DNA of 64,000 nucleotides from contig JAZROL010000008.1 of assembly GCA_045648665.1 (NCBI GenBank), positions 4,064 to 68,063 of the forward strand. Reading direction: 5' to 3'. The position numbers were made by a program, and so were the translations under genes. Within the stretch, counting starts at the first letter, position 1. Each line of letters opens with the position of its first letter. This DNA is from Candidatus Enterousia sp. GTDB taxonomy: Bacteria; Pseudomonadota; Alphaproteobacteria; Rs-D84. This document shows positions 1 through 9,296 of the stretch, one piece after another. A model generated the notes under the pieces. The model had not been told where the DNA came from and made no database searches. It worked only from the letters and a program-made list of their open reading frames with translations.

Positions 1-1
1 G

Positions 2-97
2 TATGTGCGTCGTGTTCGTGAAATTGCCAAAGAGGAAGAAAAAGCCGAAAAATTGGCACGCGAAGGTGGCGAACAACAACAATTATTGGATATTTAA
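2..97 (+). CDS. 3' end of an unidentified CDS, 5'-truncated by the window edge (ends ...EEEKAEKLAREGGEQQQLLDI*)
   Basis: Open frame 2 runs from the window edge to TAA at 95-97. Lies upstream of rpmF. Product not recognisable. Confidence 0.3.
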   Translation, partial: YVRRVREIAKEEEKAEKLAREGGEQQQLLDI

Positions 98-165
98 ACA
101 AATAATAAACCAAAGGAAATGCCCGGCGACCGCTTGTGCGGAAAACCGGGCATTATAAACGAAAA

Positions 166-567
166 ATGAAACAAGAAATACCTGCGATTTTTTGCGATAT
201 AGATGGTGTTGTCACGCATAAGTTTGCTGTACCAAATTATGACCATTTTGGTGAGCCTAATACAGATATGATACCGGTATTGGAATGTCTGGGGCGCGAT
301 TTCACAATAGTATTTATTACCGGTCGTTGGGCAATGGGACAAGAAAATGCGGAAGATTTTATAAATAAACTTTTACCGAACATAAAAAAGAAAGTTTTTT
401 GTAAATCGCACGATTATCCCGGAACAACGGCTGAATTTAAATTGGCAACTATCATAGAGTTAGAAAAACAGGGGTATAAATTCCATTTTGGAATTGATGA
501 CCACAGCGCAGTTGTTGGTTTAATGCATAATCACGGTATGTTCATAGCCCAAGCTTTAAGTGATTAA
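166..567 (+). CDS. HAD-superfamily hydrolase/phosphatase
   Basis: ORF 136..567; probable start at ATG 166 (MKQEIPAIFCDIDGVV). HAD motif I DxDGV, motif VFITGR, and GIDDH near the C-terminus. Confidence 0.55.
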   Translation: MKQEIPAIFCDIDGVVTHKFAVPNYDHFGEPNTDMIPVLECLGRDFTIVFITGRWAMGQENAEDFINKLLPNIKKKVFCKSHDYPGTTAEFKLATIIELEKQGYKFHFGIDDHSAVVGLMHNHGMFIAQALSD

Positions 568-636
568 TCTAATTTTTTGCTTGCAAATGGGGAATAATTG
601 AATAGAATTAACAAAGTCAAATAAAAGGATTGTAAA

Positions 637-786
637 ATGGCAACTCCAAAAAGTAAAACAAGTAAAGCTCGTTCTGCACAACGTCGTTCACATGATGCTT
701 TGTCAGTAATGCCGGTCAGCGTGTGTAAAAAATGTGGTGAAAAGAAACGTCCACATCACGTTTGCCCTGCGTGTGGATCAAAATAA
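637..786 (+). CDS. rpmF: 50S ribosomal protein L32
   Basis: 49-aa ORF MATPKSKTSKARSAQRRSHDAL...CKKCGEKKRPHHVCPACGSK. Zn-ribbon L32 signature, RBS AAAAGGA upstream, immediately 5' of plsX (conserved rpmF-plsX linkage). Absent from the ORF track (<60 aa). Confidence 0.8.
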   Translation: MATPKSKTSKARSAQRRSHDALSVMPVSVCKKCGEKKRPHHVCPACGSK

Positions 787-850
787 TCTTGTAATCTAAG
801 GGATTAAAGGGCGGGGGTGGTTTTCATCAAAGCCCTTTTTTTATATAAAA

Positions 851-1927
851 ATGACAGAATCAAAAAGAATTATTTCAGTTGATGCAATGGGCGGCGATCA
901 TGCGCCCCAGGCTGTACTTGGTGGAATGAATCAATTTTTATATCAATACGGTGAAGACACTGTGTTTTTCCGTGTATTTGGTAATGAACGAGTATTGCGT
1001 TCAATGTTGAAAAAATTTCCACGTGTTGCACGTAATTGCGAAATTATTAATGCTAACGAGGTTGTATCTGGTACTGATAAAGTTCGCGATGTAATTCGTC
1101 ATGCCCAAGATACTTCGATGTATATGGCGATAATGGACGTGCGTGATGGTAATTCATCCGCTGTGGTTTCTGCTGGAAATACAGGGGTTTTGATGGCTTT
1201 ATCAAAATTGGCTTTGAAAACAGTAGAAGGTATTTCGCGTCCAGCAATAACAACAATGTTGCCATCTGGAAACGGGGACAGCAAGGTTGTAGGTCTGGAT
1301 TTAGGCGCAAATGTTCAATGCGATGAAGAAATTCTGTTTGATTTTTCTATTTTGGGTAGTGTTTATGCCGAAATCATCGGCGGAATGGAACGTCCGCGTG
1401 TTGGAATATTAAACATAGGCGAAGAAGAAACCAAAGGTAGTGAACCTTTGCAAAGATTAAACAAGATTTTAATGGAACATATCGATGAATTGCCTTACGA
1501 ATACATCGGGTTTGTGGAAGGCAACGATGTCACCGCTGGAAATGTTCAAGTTGTCGTCACAGATGGCTTTACAGGCAATGTAATGTTAAAAACGGTAGAA
1601 GGTACCGCCAAAATGATTTCTCGTATTGTAAAGGCAAATTACAAGCGTTCTTGGCTGGCAATATTAGGGACTTTCTTTTTGATACATTTATTCAAAAGAT
1701 TGAAACATAAAATAGATCCACGTTCATATGCTGGTGCTGTATTTTTGGGATTGAATGGATTTTCTATAAAAACACATGGGAACAGTGATGCTTTGGCTTG
1801 GTCGCATGCATTGGAATATGCAGCGAATTTATCGCGTTCTGATTTTTATGGAAAAATACGTGAACGCACAAGCGCATTATCAAATATAAAGAAAGAAATC
1901 AAAGAATTGGGTAAAAACGGGGAGTAA
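851..1927 (+). CDS. plsX: phosphate acyltransferase PlsX
   Basis: 358 aa. N-terminal ISVDAMGGDHAP motif typical of PlsX; full-length similarity pattern. Confidence 0.9.
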   Translation: MTESKRIISVDAMGGDHAPQAVLGGMNQFLYQYGEDTVFFRVFGNERVLRSMLKKFPRVARNCEIINANEVVSGTDKVRDVIRHAQDTSMYMAIMDVRDGNSSAVVSAGNTGVLMALSKLALKTVEGISRPAITTMLPSGNGDSKVVGLDLGANVQCDEEILFDFSILGSVYAEIIGGMERPRVGILNIGEEETKGSEPLQRLNKILMEHIDELPYEYIGFVEGNDVTAGNVQVVVTDGFTGNVMLKTVEGTAKMISRIVKANYKRSWLAILGTFFLIHLFKRLKHKIDPRSYAGAVFLGLNGFSIKTHGNSDALAWSHALEYAANLSRSDFYGKIRERTSALSNIKKEIKELGKNGE

Positions 1928-1943
1928 AAATCCCCGTTTTTTT
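1917..1943 (+). terminator. rho-independent terminator after plsX
   Basis: Hairpin acgggga-gtaaaaa-tccccgt followed by a T7 run. Confidence 0.6.
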
Positions 1944-2008
1944 AAGATTAGGTTCTCCGGGGGGCGGAACTTATTCTCTGGAAAACAAGGATAAAAACTG
2001 GCACGGGC

Positions 2009-2045
2009 GGTACAACCTGGACCAGTGAATGCCGTGTATGTCCAA
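2009..2045. repeat. IR-L: 37-bp perfect inverted repeat (ggtacaacctggaccagtgaatgccgtgtatgtccaa), partner at 2994..3030
   Basis: Base-by-base reverse-complement identity verified by hand. Encodes (G)TTWTSECRVCP in both cassettes. Confidence 0.9.
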
Positions 2046-2479
2046 GTGCGATTGTTTTGGTTGCAGACGGCAGTGCCGCTATGAACAAAACTGCATATGA
2101 ACTGGATAAATCTGTTGCTTATGCTACAGAAGCAGGCTTTGGCGTATCACAAGAAGAAAGAATTGTTATATTGCCAGGAAATGTTAGATATAGAATAGCA
2201 AAATCAGAAAATGATTCGAATGGTGGAGGTTGGGTAGATATTTGTACAGGTACAGGAAGCACATTAAAATGTAATAAAACTTGCGGTACTTCCGGTGATT
2301 CCTCATGTGCAGATGGAATAAATGATGACGGTGCATCAACTGAAGATGATATTAGAAAATTTGTTGCCCTTGTATCTTCTGGTGGTCAGGCTACATCATG
2401 TAGTTGTCCAATAGGTTATACACAAGTGGTACACAGATACACAACAACAGAACAGGATTCTTCTGGTAAACCAAAGGAT

Positions 2480-2503
2480 AACCCAAAGTGGAAATCTGGT
2501 GAT
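2480..2503. repeat. inner 24-bp inverted repeat (aacccaaagtggaaatctggtgat), partner at 2635..2658
   Basis: Identical 24-mer in inverted orientation. Encodes NPKWKSGD at the extreme C-termini of both cassettes. Confidence 0.85.
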
Positions 2504-2545
2504 ACAAGAACCTTCTGTGTGTTCACACCGGAAAGCAAATCATAA

Positions 2546-2575
2546 TAAAAAAACCGCCGAAAGGCGGTTTTTTAT
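2546..2575. terminator. bidirectional rho-independent terminator between the two convergent cassettes
   Basis: aaaaaaaccgccgaaaggcggttttttatt: GC hairpin flanked by A-run and T-run. Confidence 0.7.
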
Positions 2576-5298
2576 TAACTATCAGATCCCGTTGTGGATT
2601 TTTGCTCTGGTGTAAATACACAGAATTTCTTTACATCACCAGATTTCCACTTTGGGTTAGCTTTCGGCGTACCAGAAGCTGTTCCGTTTTCCGTTTCTGT
2701 AGTTGTATACCTGTGGGATATTTCCACATAACCAGAAGGACAATTACAACTTACAACTTGACCACCAGAAGATGTCAAATTAACAGTAGCAAAAACATCA
2801 TCTTCAGTTGTTTTGCCTGACTCATAAGCATTGGTTATACCACCATCTTGTTTAACGACACGATACGTGTTTCCACCCGCGAAAACAACAGCTGTACTTG
2901 TTGATGATGTGACACCATTGATAGCAGAATCAAGCGCATATGGTGTTGCCGGAACGGTTCCATTGGTGTCCATTGCTACCAATACAGTTGCTGTTGGACA
3001 TACACGGCATTCACTGGTCCAGGTTGTACCTGTCATGCCACTTTCATACAGATAATAATTTTCTGGGCATGATGTCAACATGCTGCCAACCCAGTCAGAC
3101 ATTTGACGCAATGTCAACTTGGTATTGTCGCTTGGTTTCCATCCACCAACGGACATACATGTTTGGATGTATGCACGGCAAGCGTTTACCGCAGTTTGTG
3201 ATGCCGTTGTGTAAACGTTTGATTCATCATATCCATTTGATGATAAACAAGATGTGACGTCACTACGGCAATCCTCGACATAATTGGACAAGATTTCATC
3301 TTGGGCCAATTTAATTTTGGTCAAAGTCGATGCCAAATACTGACGGACAACTTCATTATCTGGTTTATATGCTTTTTTGGATTTATTTGTTGTGTATGTG
3401 TAATCTTGGCATTGTTTCATAACAGATGCACACATACCATGAACTTTGTCATTTTCATCGATATAACCAATTTTTTGTAATAAATATGTGGCCATATCTT
3501 CATTTGGTTCTGTGCTTGTATAAACCTTCTTTGAACTCCAATTATTCAATGCCGCATTAATATATGCACCCAAAGTTTCTTCCTGGCCAGCCCCCCATGC
3601 ATTAAGCGGTTGTCCGCTCGCCGGATTGGATGTTTCGCTATCTTCTGTGCCACAAGTGCTGCCCTTAATAGGACTGCCTGTTTTTGCCTCTTTACCAACT
3701 TGTTTTGTTCCTTTGTAATTCCAAGTTTGGTACAATTCGTACATACCGCCACTGGTCCATTCAGTCGCATTTGAATGATATATTGGACACTCATTAGCGG
3801 ACATACCACCGGAAACACCAGGTGTTCCACCAATTACGATTTCACCATTTGCGATGTATTTACCGGTTGGATCCAAACATAATTCATAATCTGAACCGCA
3901 AACATATTCATCCTGCATACAGGCGTCAATTGCCGCCACGCATCCACGAACGTCATATGTGTTACGATTTTGTGCCAACATTAAACGTGCCTGTTGTAAA
4001 ATTGTTGATGCATTACGGACATTGTTGCGCATTTCATCGTTTGCTTCGTTCAAACTGCGTTCATAGATAACACATTGTTTGTCGATTTCCAAATCATATG
4101 AATTTGTGATAACATTTGCCTCTACACCCTGAGCTGTGCAATTTTGCAATACCTGGGTTTTACAACGATTAGCAGCTGATTTATATAATTGTTCACCACG
4201 TTGATTAATAACACTGGTTGTAGATTTGTTGTTTGTTGTATTAAAGAACGACGTCAAATCAAATCCTGCTGTAAAATCAGCGTCTAATAAACCAGATAAA
4301 TCAAACGATATACCACTGTTTGTTTCGTACGAAGATGCATTTGGTGATGACACGTCAATGATCTTACGTTTGATTGAATCCAAACTTGTTTTTAATTGTG
4401 ATTTATCCGTGTTGGAACGCATAGCGACTTCTGCTTCGGTTTCTGTGAACAAAGTTTCAATTTGTTCGCCGGTCAAACCGATATATTTGATCTTTTGTAT
4501 AACGTCTTGGAATTGTTCGGTCGCACTTTTTAAGGTTTCTTCTGTTTTTTCATAATTCTTTACGTTCTTTGAACAAGTACAACGACCCTGGTTATCGTCC
4601 AAAACATTACAATAATTATCCATACATGCCGCGTATTGCGCTTTGCATAAATCAGTTAATTCCGCCAAAGCATTTAAATTTGCCGATGTCTGATCAACTT
4701 CTTCCTGAGTAATTACAGGTGTTGATGCAACAGCGACAGGTGTTGATATACGTGCGGTTGAACGACGTCCGGCAATTCCGACACGAGATGCGGTTTCAGA
4801 ACCAACCTTTGAAGCACCAGTCGCGTTGTATTTTACATTAGAATCATTTAATGTCTTAATAGTTGTGGCATTAACCATACGTGGTCCAGTAGTTCCACTG
4901 ACCCCGACACGTGCAGTCACAGGCTTTGCAGATGTTGCAGAACGCGCAGATACACGCGTTGGTGTTGCGGTTCTTGCTGTTGTTCTGGATGTAGTACCAC
5001 GAGAAACCGTTGCGCGTGGGTTTGCAGCCATTGCACGAGAAGATGTATTCACGCGTGATGATGCAGTTGCTGCGCCGGTCGAAATTGCGCGTGACGAAGA
5101 ACGATTAATGTTCGTTCTTGGTTGCGCCTTTTGCACAGATTGTGATTCCACCGCTTCATTTTCGACAGCATCAACGGCATCAATCATGTCGTCTGTGTAT
5201 TCAACAATCTCGTCGTAATAGATTGGTGCAACCTCTGCAAATGCAGGCAAAACAAGCAATCCACTTAAAACAGTTATAAATCTTTTCATGGTATTCAT
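2575..5298 (-). CDS. large secreted Cys-rich protein (907 aa) with swappable C-terminal domain; N-terminal signal peptide, Ser/Thr/Arg/Ala-rich low-complexity region, Cys-rich body
   Basis: Signal peptide MNTMKRFITVLSGLLVLPAFA. Long S/T/R-rich tract, many Cys. C-terminal 190 aa paralogous to the 2003..2545 cassette. Confidence 0.75.
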   Translation of the reverse strand: MNTMKRFITVLSGLLVLPAFAEVAPIYYDEIVEYTDDMIDAVDAVENEAVESQSVQKAQPRTNINRSSSRAISTGAATASSRVNTSSRAMAANPRATVSRGTTSRTTARTATPTRVSARSATSAKPVTARVGVSGTTGPRMVNATTIKTLNDSNVKYNATGASKVGSETASRVGIAGRRSTARISTPVAVASTPVITQEEVDQTSANLNALAELTDLCKAQYAACMDNYCNVLDDNQGRCTCSKNVKNYEKTEETLKSATEQFQDVIQKIKYIGLTGEQIETLFTETEAEVAMRSNTDKSQLKTSLDSIKRKIIDVSSPNASSYETNSGISFDLSGLLDADFTAGFDLTSFFNTTNNKSTTSVINQRGEQLYKSAANRCKTQVLQNCTAQGVEANVITNSYDLEIDKQCVIYERSLNEANDEMRNNVRNASTILQQARLMLAQNRNTYDVRGCVAAIDACMQDEYVCGSDYELCLDPTGKYIANGEIVIGGTPGVSGGMSANECPIYHSNATEWTSGGMYELYQTWNYKGTKQVGKEAKTGSPIKGSTCGTEDSETSNPASGQPLNAWGAGQEETLGAYINAALNNWSSKKVYTSTEPNEDMATYLLQKIGYIDENDKVHGMCASVMKQCQDYTYTTNKSKKAYKPDNEVVRQYLASTLTKIKLAQDEILSNYVEDCRSDVTSCLSSNGYDESNVYTTASQTAVNACRAYIQTCMSVGGWKPSDNTKLTLRQMSDWVGSMLTSCPENYYLYESGMTGTTWTSECRVCPTATVLVAMDTNGTVPATPYALDSAINGVTSSTSTAVVFAGGNTYRVVKQDGGITNAYESGKTTEDDVFATVNLTSSGGQVVSCNCPSGYVEISHRYTTTETENGTASGTPKANPKWKSGDVKKFCVFTPEQKSTTGSDS
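2635..2658. repeat. inner 24-bp inverted repeat, partner of 2480..2503
   Basis: Reverse complement identical to 2480..2503. Confidence 0.85.
2994..3030. repeat. IR-R: 37-bp perfect inverted repeat, partner of 2009..2045, located inside the 907-aa gene at the constant/variable junction
   Basis: Reverse complement of 2994..3030 equals 2009..2045 exactly. Confidence 0.9.
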
Positions 5299-5384
5299 CC
5301 TTCCTTGTATGAATTAATTTTACCATATACGTGAAACCCACGCAAGAGAAAAAAACACAAAAAAATTACAAAAAAAGAAAAAAG

Positions 5385-5834
5385 TTAATTATTGATTTTT
5401 AAATTTGGTTTTTTAGTACGCAATTTTTCCAAAGAATTTTTTTGCGCCTTTGAAAAATCATCCGGATTCCAAATTTGAAATCCATTACCACGACCGACGA
5501 ATAAAGCCGTATCTGTTATATTTGCATGCTTTAATAAATCAGATGGAATAACTATGCGCCCGGTAACATCAAACATTAATGGACGTGCATCTGCAAAAAT
5601 CATTGCGGTTAAATCATCCATAGTGTCATCAAACATATCTGTATTGTCAGTTGCACCAGCTATTTTTTCCATACGGGACATGGACAGACCTTCTATGCAA
5701 TTATGTTTAAAAGAACGATAAAGAATAACGCCGGCAAAATTTTCATTTATTAATGAAGAACGAAAAGCAGCAGGCACAGAAATACGTCCTTTGGTATCCA
5801 AACGATTTTCATAGCAAGAAAGAAATAATCCCAT
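5385..5834 (-). CDS. mraZ: transcriptional regulator MraZ
   Basis: 149 aa with two DxxGR(I/L)xxP repeats (DTKGRISVPAAF and DVTGRIVIPSDL). Not followed by mraW/ftsL here. Confidence 0.8.
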   Translation of the reverse strand: MGLFLSCYENRLDTKGRISVPAAFRSSLINENFAGVILYRSFKHNCIEGLSMSRMEKIAGATDNTDMFDDTMDDLTAMIFADARPLMFDVTGRIVIPSDLLKHANITDTALFVGRGNGFQIWNPDDFSKAQKNSLEKLRTKKPNLKINN

Positions 5835-6206
5835 TCGATTTTTCCTTTGTAAACTTTGCGCGCTTTTTGTTCTTCGATTGCGAATATAGCAAACGCTTTT
5901 ATGGTTGTCAATGACAATTAATAATTATTTTATGGGATTTTATGGTTTTTATAATAAAATCAGCATTTTTAAAAATAAAATTAAAATAAATTAATTTTGT
6001 GCTTGACGTGCGATTCGTTTTTGTTCTAAGATGTTTGTATAGACAAGGAGAAAATAAAACCAAACCATTGGAAATCCGGATAAAACCAGAAATCCAGTGA
6101 AAATTAAAAAATCGAAAAAATTTAAAATAAAAAATTGTAAATACACTGGTAAACACAAAAATTTTAAGTTTTTTCTACAACAAAAAAGCAAAGGGGGGAA
6201 CGCCAC

Positions 6207-6542
6207 ATGCCAAAAAATATAAAAGAAATAATGATTGCCCTTAACAAAGTGTTGACTACGACTGTTTGGGTTAATGCCGATCGTCAAATCGTTTCTTTGA
6301 GTGATGAATTGCATATCGGTAACAATAATGCGCCACGTTCAATCGAAGATTTGTCGCGTGCTGCATTGATTGGTGCGTATGTTTCGTTGCAAATCAGAAC
6401 TGATAATTTTGATGTTGCTGCTGAAACATTAGATACCGCCGATTTGGCTTTACGTGTTAAAGAAATGGTTTTTGCAGAGGCTAAAAAGATTATGGATGCA
6501 GGTGAAGTGGACGAAAAAGCTTCAAATCGTATGGCTGCATAA
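6207..6542 (+). CDS. hypothetical protein
   Basis: 111-aa ORF with a -35 TTGACG / -10 TAAGAT promoter upstream and a terminator hairpin downstream (6575..6606). Confidence 0.4.
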   Translation: MPKNIKEIMIALNKVLTTTVWVNADRQIVSLSDELHIGNNNAPRSIEDLSRAALIGAYVSLQIRTDNFDVAAETLDTADLALRVKEMVFAEAKKIMDAGEVDEKASNRMAA

Positions 6543-6605
6543 CAAAGTTTCCGTCTTAACGGAAGGAAGGGAGTCCCGCCACAGTTTGTTTCTGTGGCGG
6601 ACTTT

Positions 6606-6944
6606 TTATCTGCCGGCATTCAAAAGGCGTACATCATCAAATTCTGGATGTTGTTTGAATATGTTCGAAATGTGCGGACAAATGCTCATGACTTTGCGGT
6701 GTTGTTCGCGCGCCATGTCTATGATTTGTTGTGTCAGATATAATTCTATGTTTTCGTTGGCATAGTCTGGTTCTATTTCTGCGTCGGAAATCATAATTTT
6801 GTCTGCGCCCATTTTTACGAAAAATATGTTGCCTATGCGTTTCCCATTACAGATTGCATATATGCGACAGCCGTTATCCGCTATTTCAAAGTGTATGTCT
6901 TGTTTTATCATGTCAAAACCCTTTGGTGCCGCGGTCGATACCAC
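6606..6944 (-). CDS. small GNAT-like N-acetyltransferase (YjdC-type)
   Basis: About 100-aa compact acetyltransferase-like sequence (…IFFVKMGADKIMISDAEIEPDYANENIELYLTQQIIDMAREQHRKVMSICP…). Confidence 0.45.
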   Translation of the reverse strand: MVSTAAPKGFDMIKQDIHFEIADNGCRIYAICNGKRIGNIFFVKMGADKIMISDAEIEPDYANENIELYLTQQIIDMAREQHRKVMSICPHISNIFKQHPEFDDVRLLNAGR

Positions 6945-6987
6945 TATACCAAAGGATATTTTTTTGACTATAAGATTGATTTCTTGG

Positions 6988-7917
6988 TTATATTAAATCG
7001 AAATTTCTGCGGATTATTTTAGCGCTTTTGCGTAAATCTGCCGCTTCGCGTGTGTCCATTTGTGGTCGCAAAGTCATAATAACACCGTTTGTGCCAATTA
7101 CGCGGGGCAGGGACATCGCAACCGCTGTTTTGCCGACACCGTCTATCACAGATGTTGTTAATATGCGATGTTCGTCATTTATTATGGCGTATAATAAATC
7201 TGCAACCGCTGCGCCAATTCCATCCCAAGTCGCCCCGCGTCCCTGGATTATTTCGTATGCCGCATTGCGAACGCGGTGTTCGATAGTGTTGCGCGTTGTT
7301 TGTGGCATAGATATTTTTGATTGTTTGCAAAAATCGTTTAACGCTATGCCCCCAATATAAACCGAAGACCAATTTATAACCGAAGAATCGCCATGTTCAC
7401 CCAAAACATAAGAATTAATAGAACGTGTTGATACACCCAACTGGCGCGATAAAATAATTTTGAAACGCGCTGAATCCAACATTGTCCCGGTGCCTATAAC
7501 GCGCCCAGCTGGCAAGCGGGATAATTTTTGTGCCAACATAACCATAACGTCCAAAGGATTGGTGACGATAATAATTTTTACTTTTTTGGAATCTACAACG
7601 TCCATAACGCGCGGGATAATATCTGAAATCACCATAGCGTTTTTTTGCAACAAATCAGTACGCGTTTCGCCAGGCTTTTGATTTGCACCCGCAGCAATAA
7701 TAACTATTTCTGAACCACGCAGTGCGCGATAACTGCTGGCCGCTGTGATTTTTATATCGTATGAAAAAGCAGATGCGTGTCCCAAATCTTCGGCGGCAGC
7801 GCGTGCGCGAATTCCATCGCGGTCAAATAAAACTATTTCATGTGCCAGACCAGTTTTTTGAACAGCCGTTGCAACCGCAGACCCAACAGAACCAACACCT
7901 ATAATTGCTATTTTCAT
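6988..7917 (-). CDS. L-lactate/malate dehydrogenase family NAD-dependent oxidoreductase
   Basis: MKIAIIGVGSVGSA Rossmann motif, GANQKPGETRTDL substrate loop, catalytic LGEHGDS. Confidence 0.8.
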   Translation of the reverse strand: MKIAIIGVGSVGSAVATAVQKTGLAHEIVLFDRDGIRARAAAEDLGHASAFSYDIKITAASSYRALRGSEIVIIAAGANQKPGETRTDLLQKNAMVISDIIPRVMDVVDSKKVKIIIVTNPLDVMVMLAQKLSRLPAGRVIGTGTMLDSARFKIILSRQLGVSTRSINSYVLGEHGDSSVINWSSVYIGGIALNDFCKQSKISMPQTTRNTIEHRVRNAAYEIIQGRGATWDGIGAAVADLLYAIINDEHRILTTSVIDGVGKTAVAMSLPRVIGTNGVIMTLRPQMDTREAADLRKSAKIIRRNFDLI

Positions 7918-7995
7918 AAAACCCTCCATATTTTTATGAAAATATTATATCACATTTTTTACATAAAAAAAACGGGGTTTTATCCCCGTTGGTTT

Positions 7996-9276
7996 TTAAT
8001 GTTTAGATAATTTGTTTATCAAATCTTTAATTTTATCTGTGTAATTATCTATATCCAATGTATTTGGTAAATTGGTTGTGTCATAATTGTTTACACGATA
8101 TTTTACTTCTATTTGGTTTTGAGCCAGATTTTTCTGGGATACAATCAAACGTATCGGTGCAGCAACCAAATCAGCATCAGCAAATTTCTCGCCCGCACGA
8201 TTATCACGAGCATCTAATAAAACTTCGACACCAGCATTTTTTAAATCATTATAAATTTTTTCTGCCAAAGGTAAGGTTTTATTTTCTTTGTCAGGCAACC
8301 CGATTACTTCAACTGCAAAAGGCGCGGTTTCCATATTCCAAATTGGTCCGTTATCGTCTGCGCTTTCTTCAATAATCGCAGCCATAACACGTGAAACACC
8401 AATTCCATAGCAACCCATGATAGGTGTTTTTTCTGTGCCGTCTTCGGCTGTATAAGTCATGTGCATAGAATCAGTATATTTTTTGCCCAATTGGAAAATG
8501 TTTCCAATTTCAATACCACGAACTTTGTTCAAAGTTTTTCCGCATTTTGGACATACGGTTGAATCTGTTTCTTCAAGTTCTTTGTTTGCACGGAAACCAC
8601 AATCGCAAATATACAAAGTATCTTCGCCCATTTCATTTATTAATTGAAATTCGTGTGCAATTTTCCCGCCCATATCGCCAGTTGCAGACATAACGTCTGT
8701 CACGTTTTTCAAGCCACATCTTTTGTAGATTTTATAGTATGCGTCAAAACAACGTTTATAATATTTTTCTAAATCTTCTTGTGTTTCATGGAATGAATAA
8801 CCATCTTTCATGATAAATTCACGTGTTCTGATTAAACCAGCGCGTACACGCAATTCATCACGGAATTTAGTTTGTATTTGATAAACCATGAAAGGCATTT
8901 GACGATAAGATTTAATCACAGAACGTGCATAATCTGTGACAACTTCTTCATGCGTTGGACAAATTACATAATCTGCACCGGAACGACTTTTAAATTTTGC
9001 AATATTATCCATGGAATCATAACGACCTGTTTCTTTCCACAAATCAGCGCCGCAAACAACAGGCATCAACATTTCTTGACCGTCAATTGCATTCATTTCT
9101 TCGCGAATAATATTTTCTATTTTGCGAACAACAGACCAACCCAATGGTGTTAATGTGTAACCACCTTGGAATGTTTGATATATATAACCACCTTTGACAG
9201 CGATTTTATGTCCGCGTGTTGTTGCACCTGCAACATCTCCGTATAATCTATTTACGCATAAATTTTCTATTTTCAT
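7996..9276 (-). CDS. proS: prolyl-tRNA synthetase, short form lacking the editing insertion
   Basis: Class II aaRS motifs; CPTHEE and other ProRS-like blocks. 426 aa, i.e. the editing-domain-less type. Confidence 0.7.
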   Translation of the reverse strand: MKIENLCVNRLYGDVAGATTRGHKIAVKGGYIYQTFQGGYTLTPLGWSVVRKIENIIREEMNAIDGQEMLMPVVCGADLWKETGRYDSMDNIAKFKSRSGADYVICPTHEEVVTDYARSVIKSYRQMPFMVYQIQTKFRDELRVRAGLIRTREFIMKDGYSFHETQEDLEKYYKRCFDAYYKIYKRCGLKNVTDVMSATGDMGGKIAHEFQLINEMGEDTLYICDCGFRANKELEETDSTVCPKCGKTLNKVRGIEIGNIFQLGKKYTDSMHMTYTAEDGTEKTPIMGCYGIGVSRVMAAIIEESADDNGPIWNMETAPFAVEVIGLPDKENKTLPLAEKIYNDLKNAGVEVLLDARDNRAGEKFADADLVAAPIRLIVSQKNLAQNQIEVKYRVNNYDTTNLPNTLDIDNYTDKIKDLINKLSKH

Positions 9277-9296
9277 CTTTTTTACCGCTCAGTTTT

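Larger units (their letters stand above)
2003..2545 (+). other. promoterless, start-codon-less alternative C-terminal cassette (silent cassette) paralogous to the last ~190 aa of the 2575..5298 protein
   Basis: Open frame from 1952 with no ATG; the ORF-caller start at 2057 is TTG. Encoded peptide GGTTWTSECRVCP...SSGGQATSCSCPIGYTQVVHRYTTTE...NPKWKSGDTRTFCVFTPESKS aligns at both ends with the C-terminus of the minus-strand 907-aa protein, with a divergent middle. Begins inside the 37-bp inverted repeat. Confidence 0.7.

Noticed and set aside
2057-2545. Treating ORF 2057..2545 as an independent expressed gene with a TTG start
   Set aside because: Homology to the 907-aa protein's C-terminus begins upstream of 2057, inside the inverted repeat. 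There is no ATG, RBS or promoter, and the region sits right after the plsX terminator. It is better explained as a silent cassette.
2831-5218. Antisense ORFs inside the 907-aa gene (e.g. 2940..3257 +, 3822..4070 +, 4226..4555 +, 4826..5218 +)
   Set aside because: They are embedded opposite a long, well-supported CDS, lack RBSs and are low-complexity mirror translations. This is typical spurious antisense ORFs.
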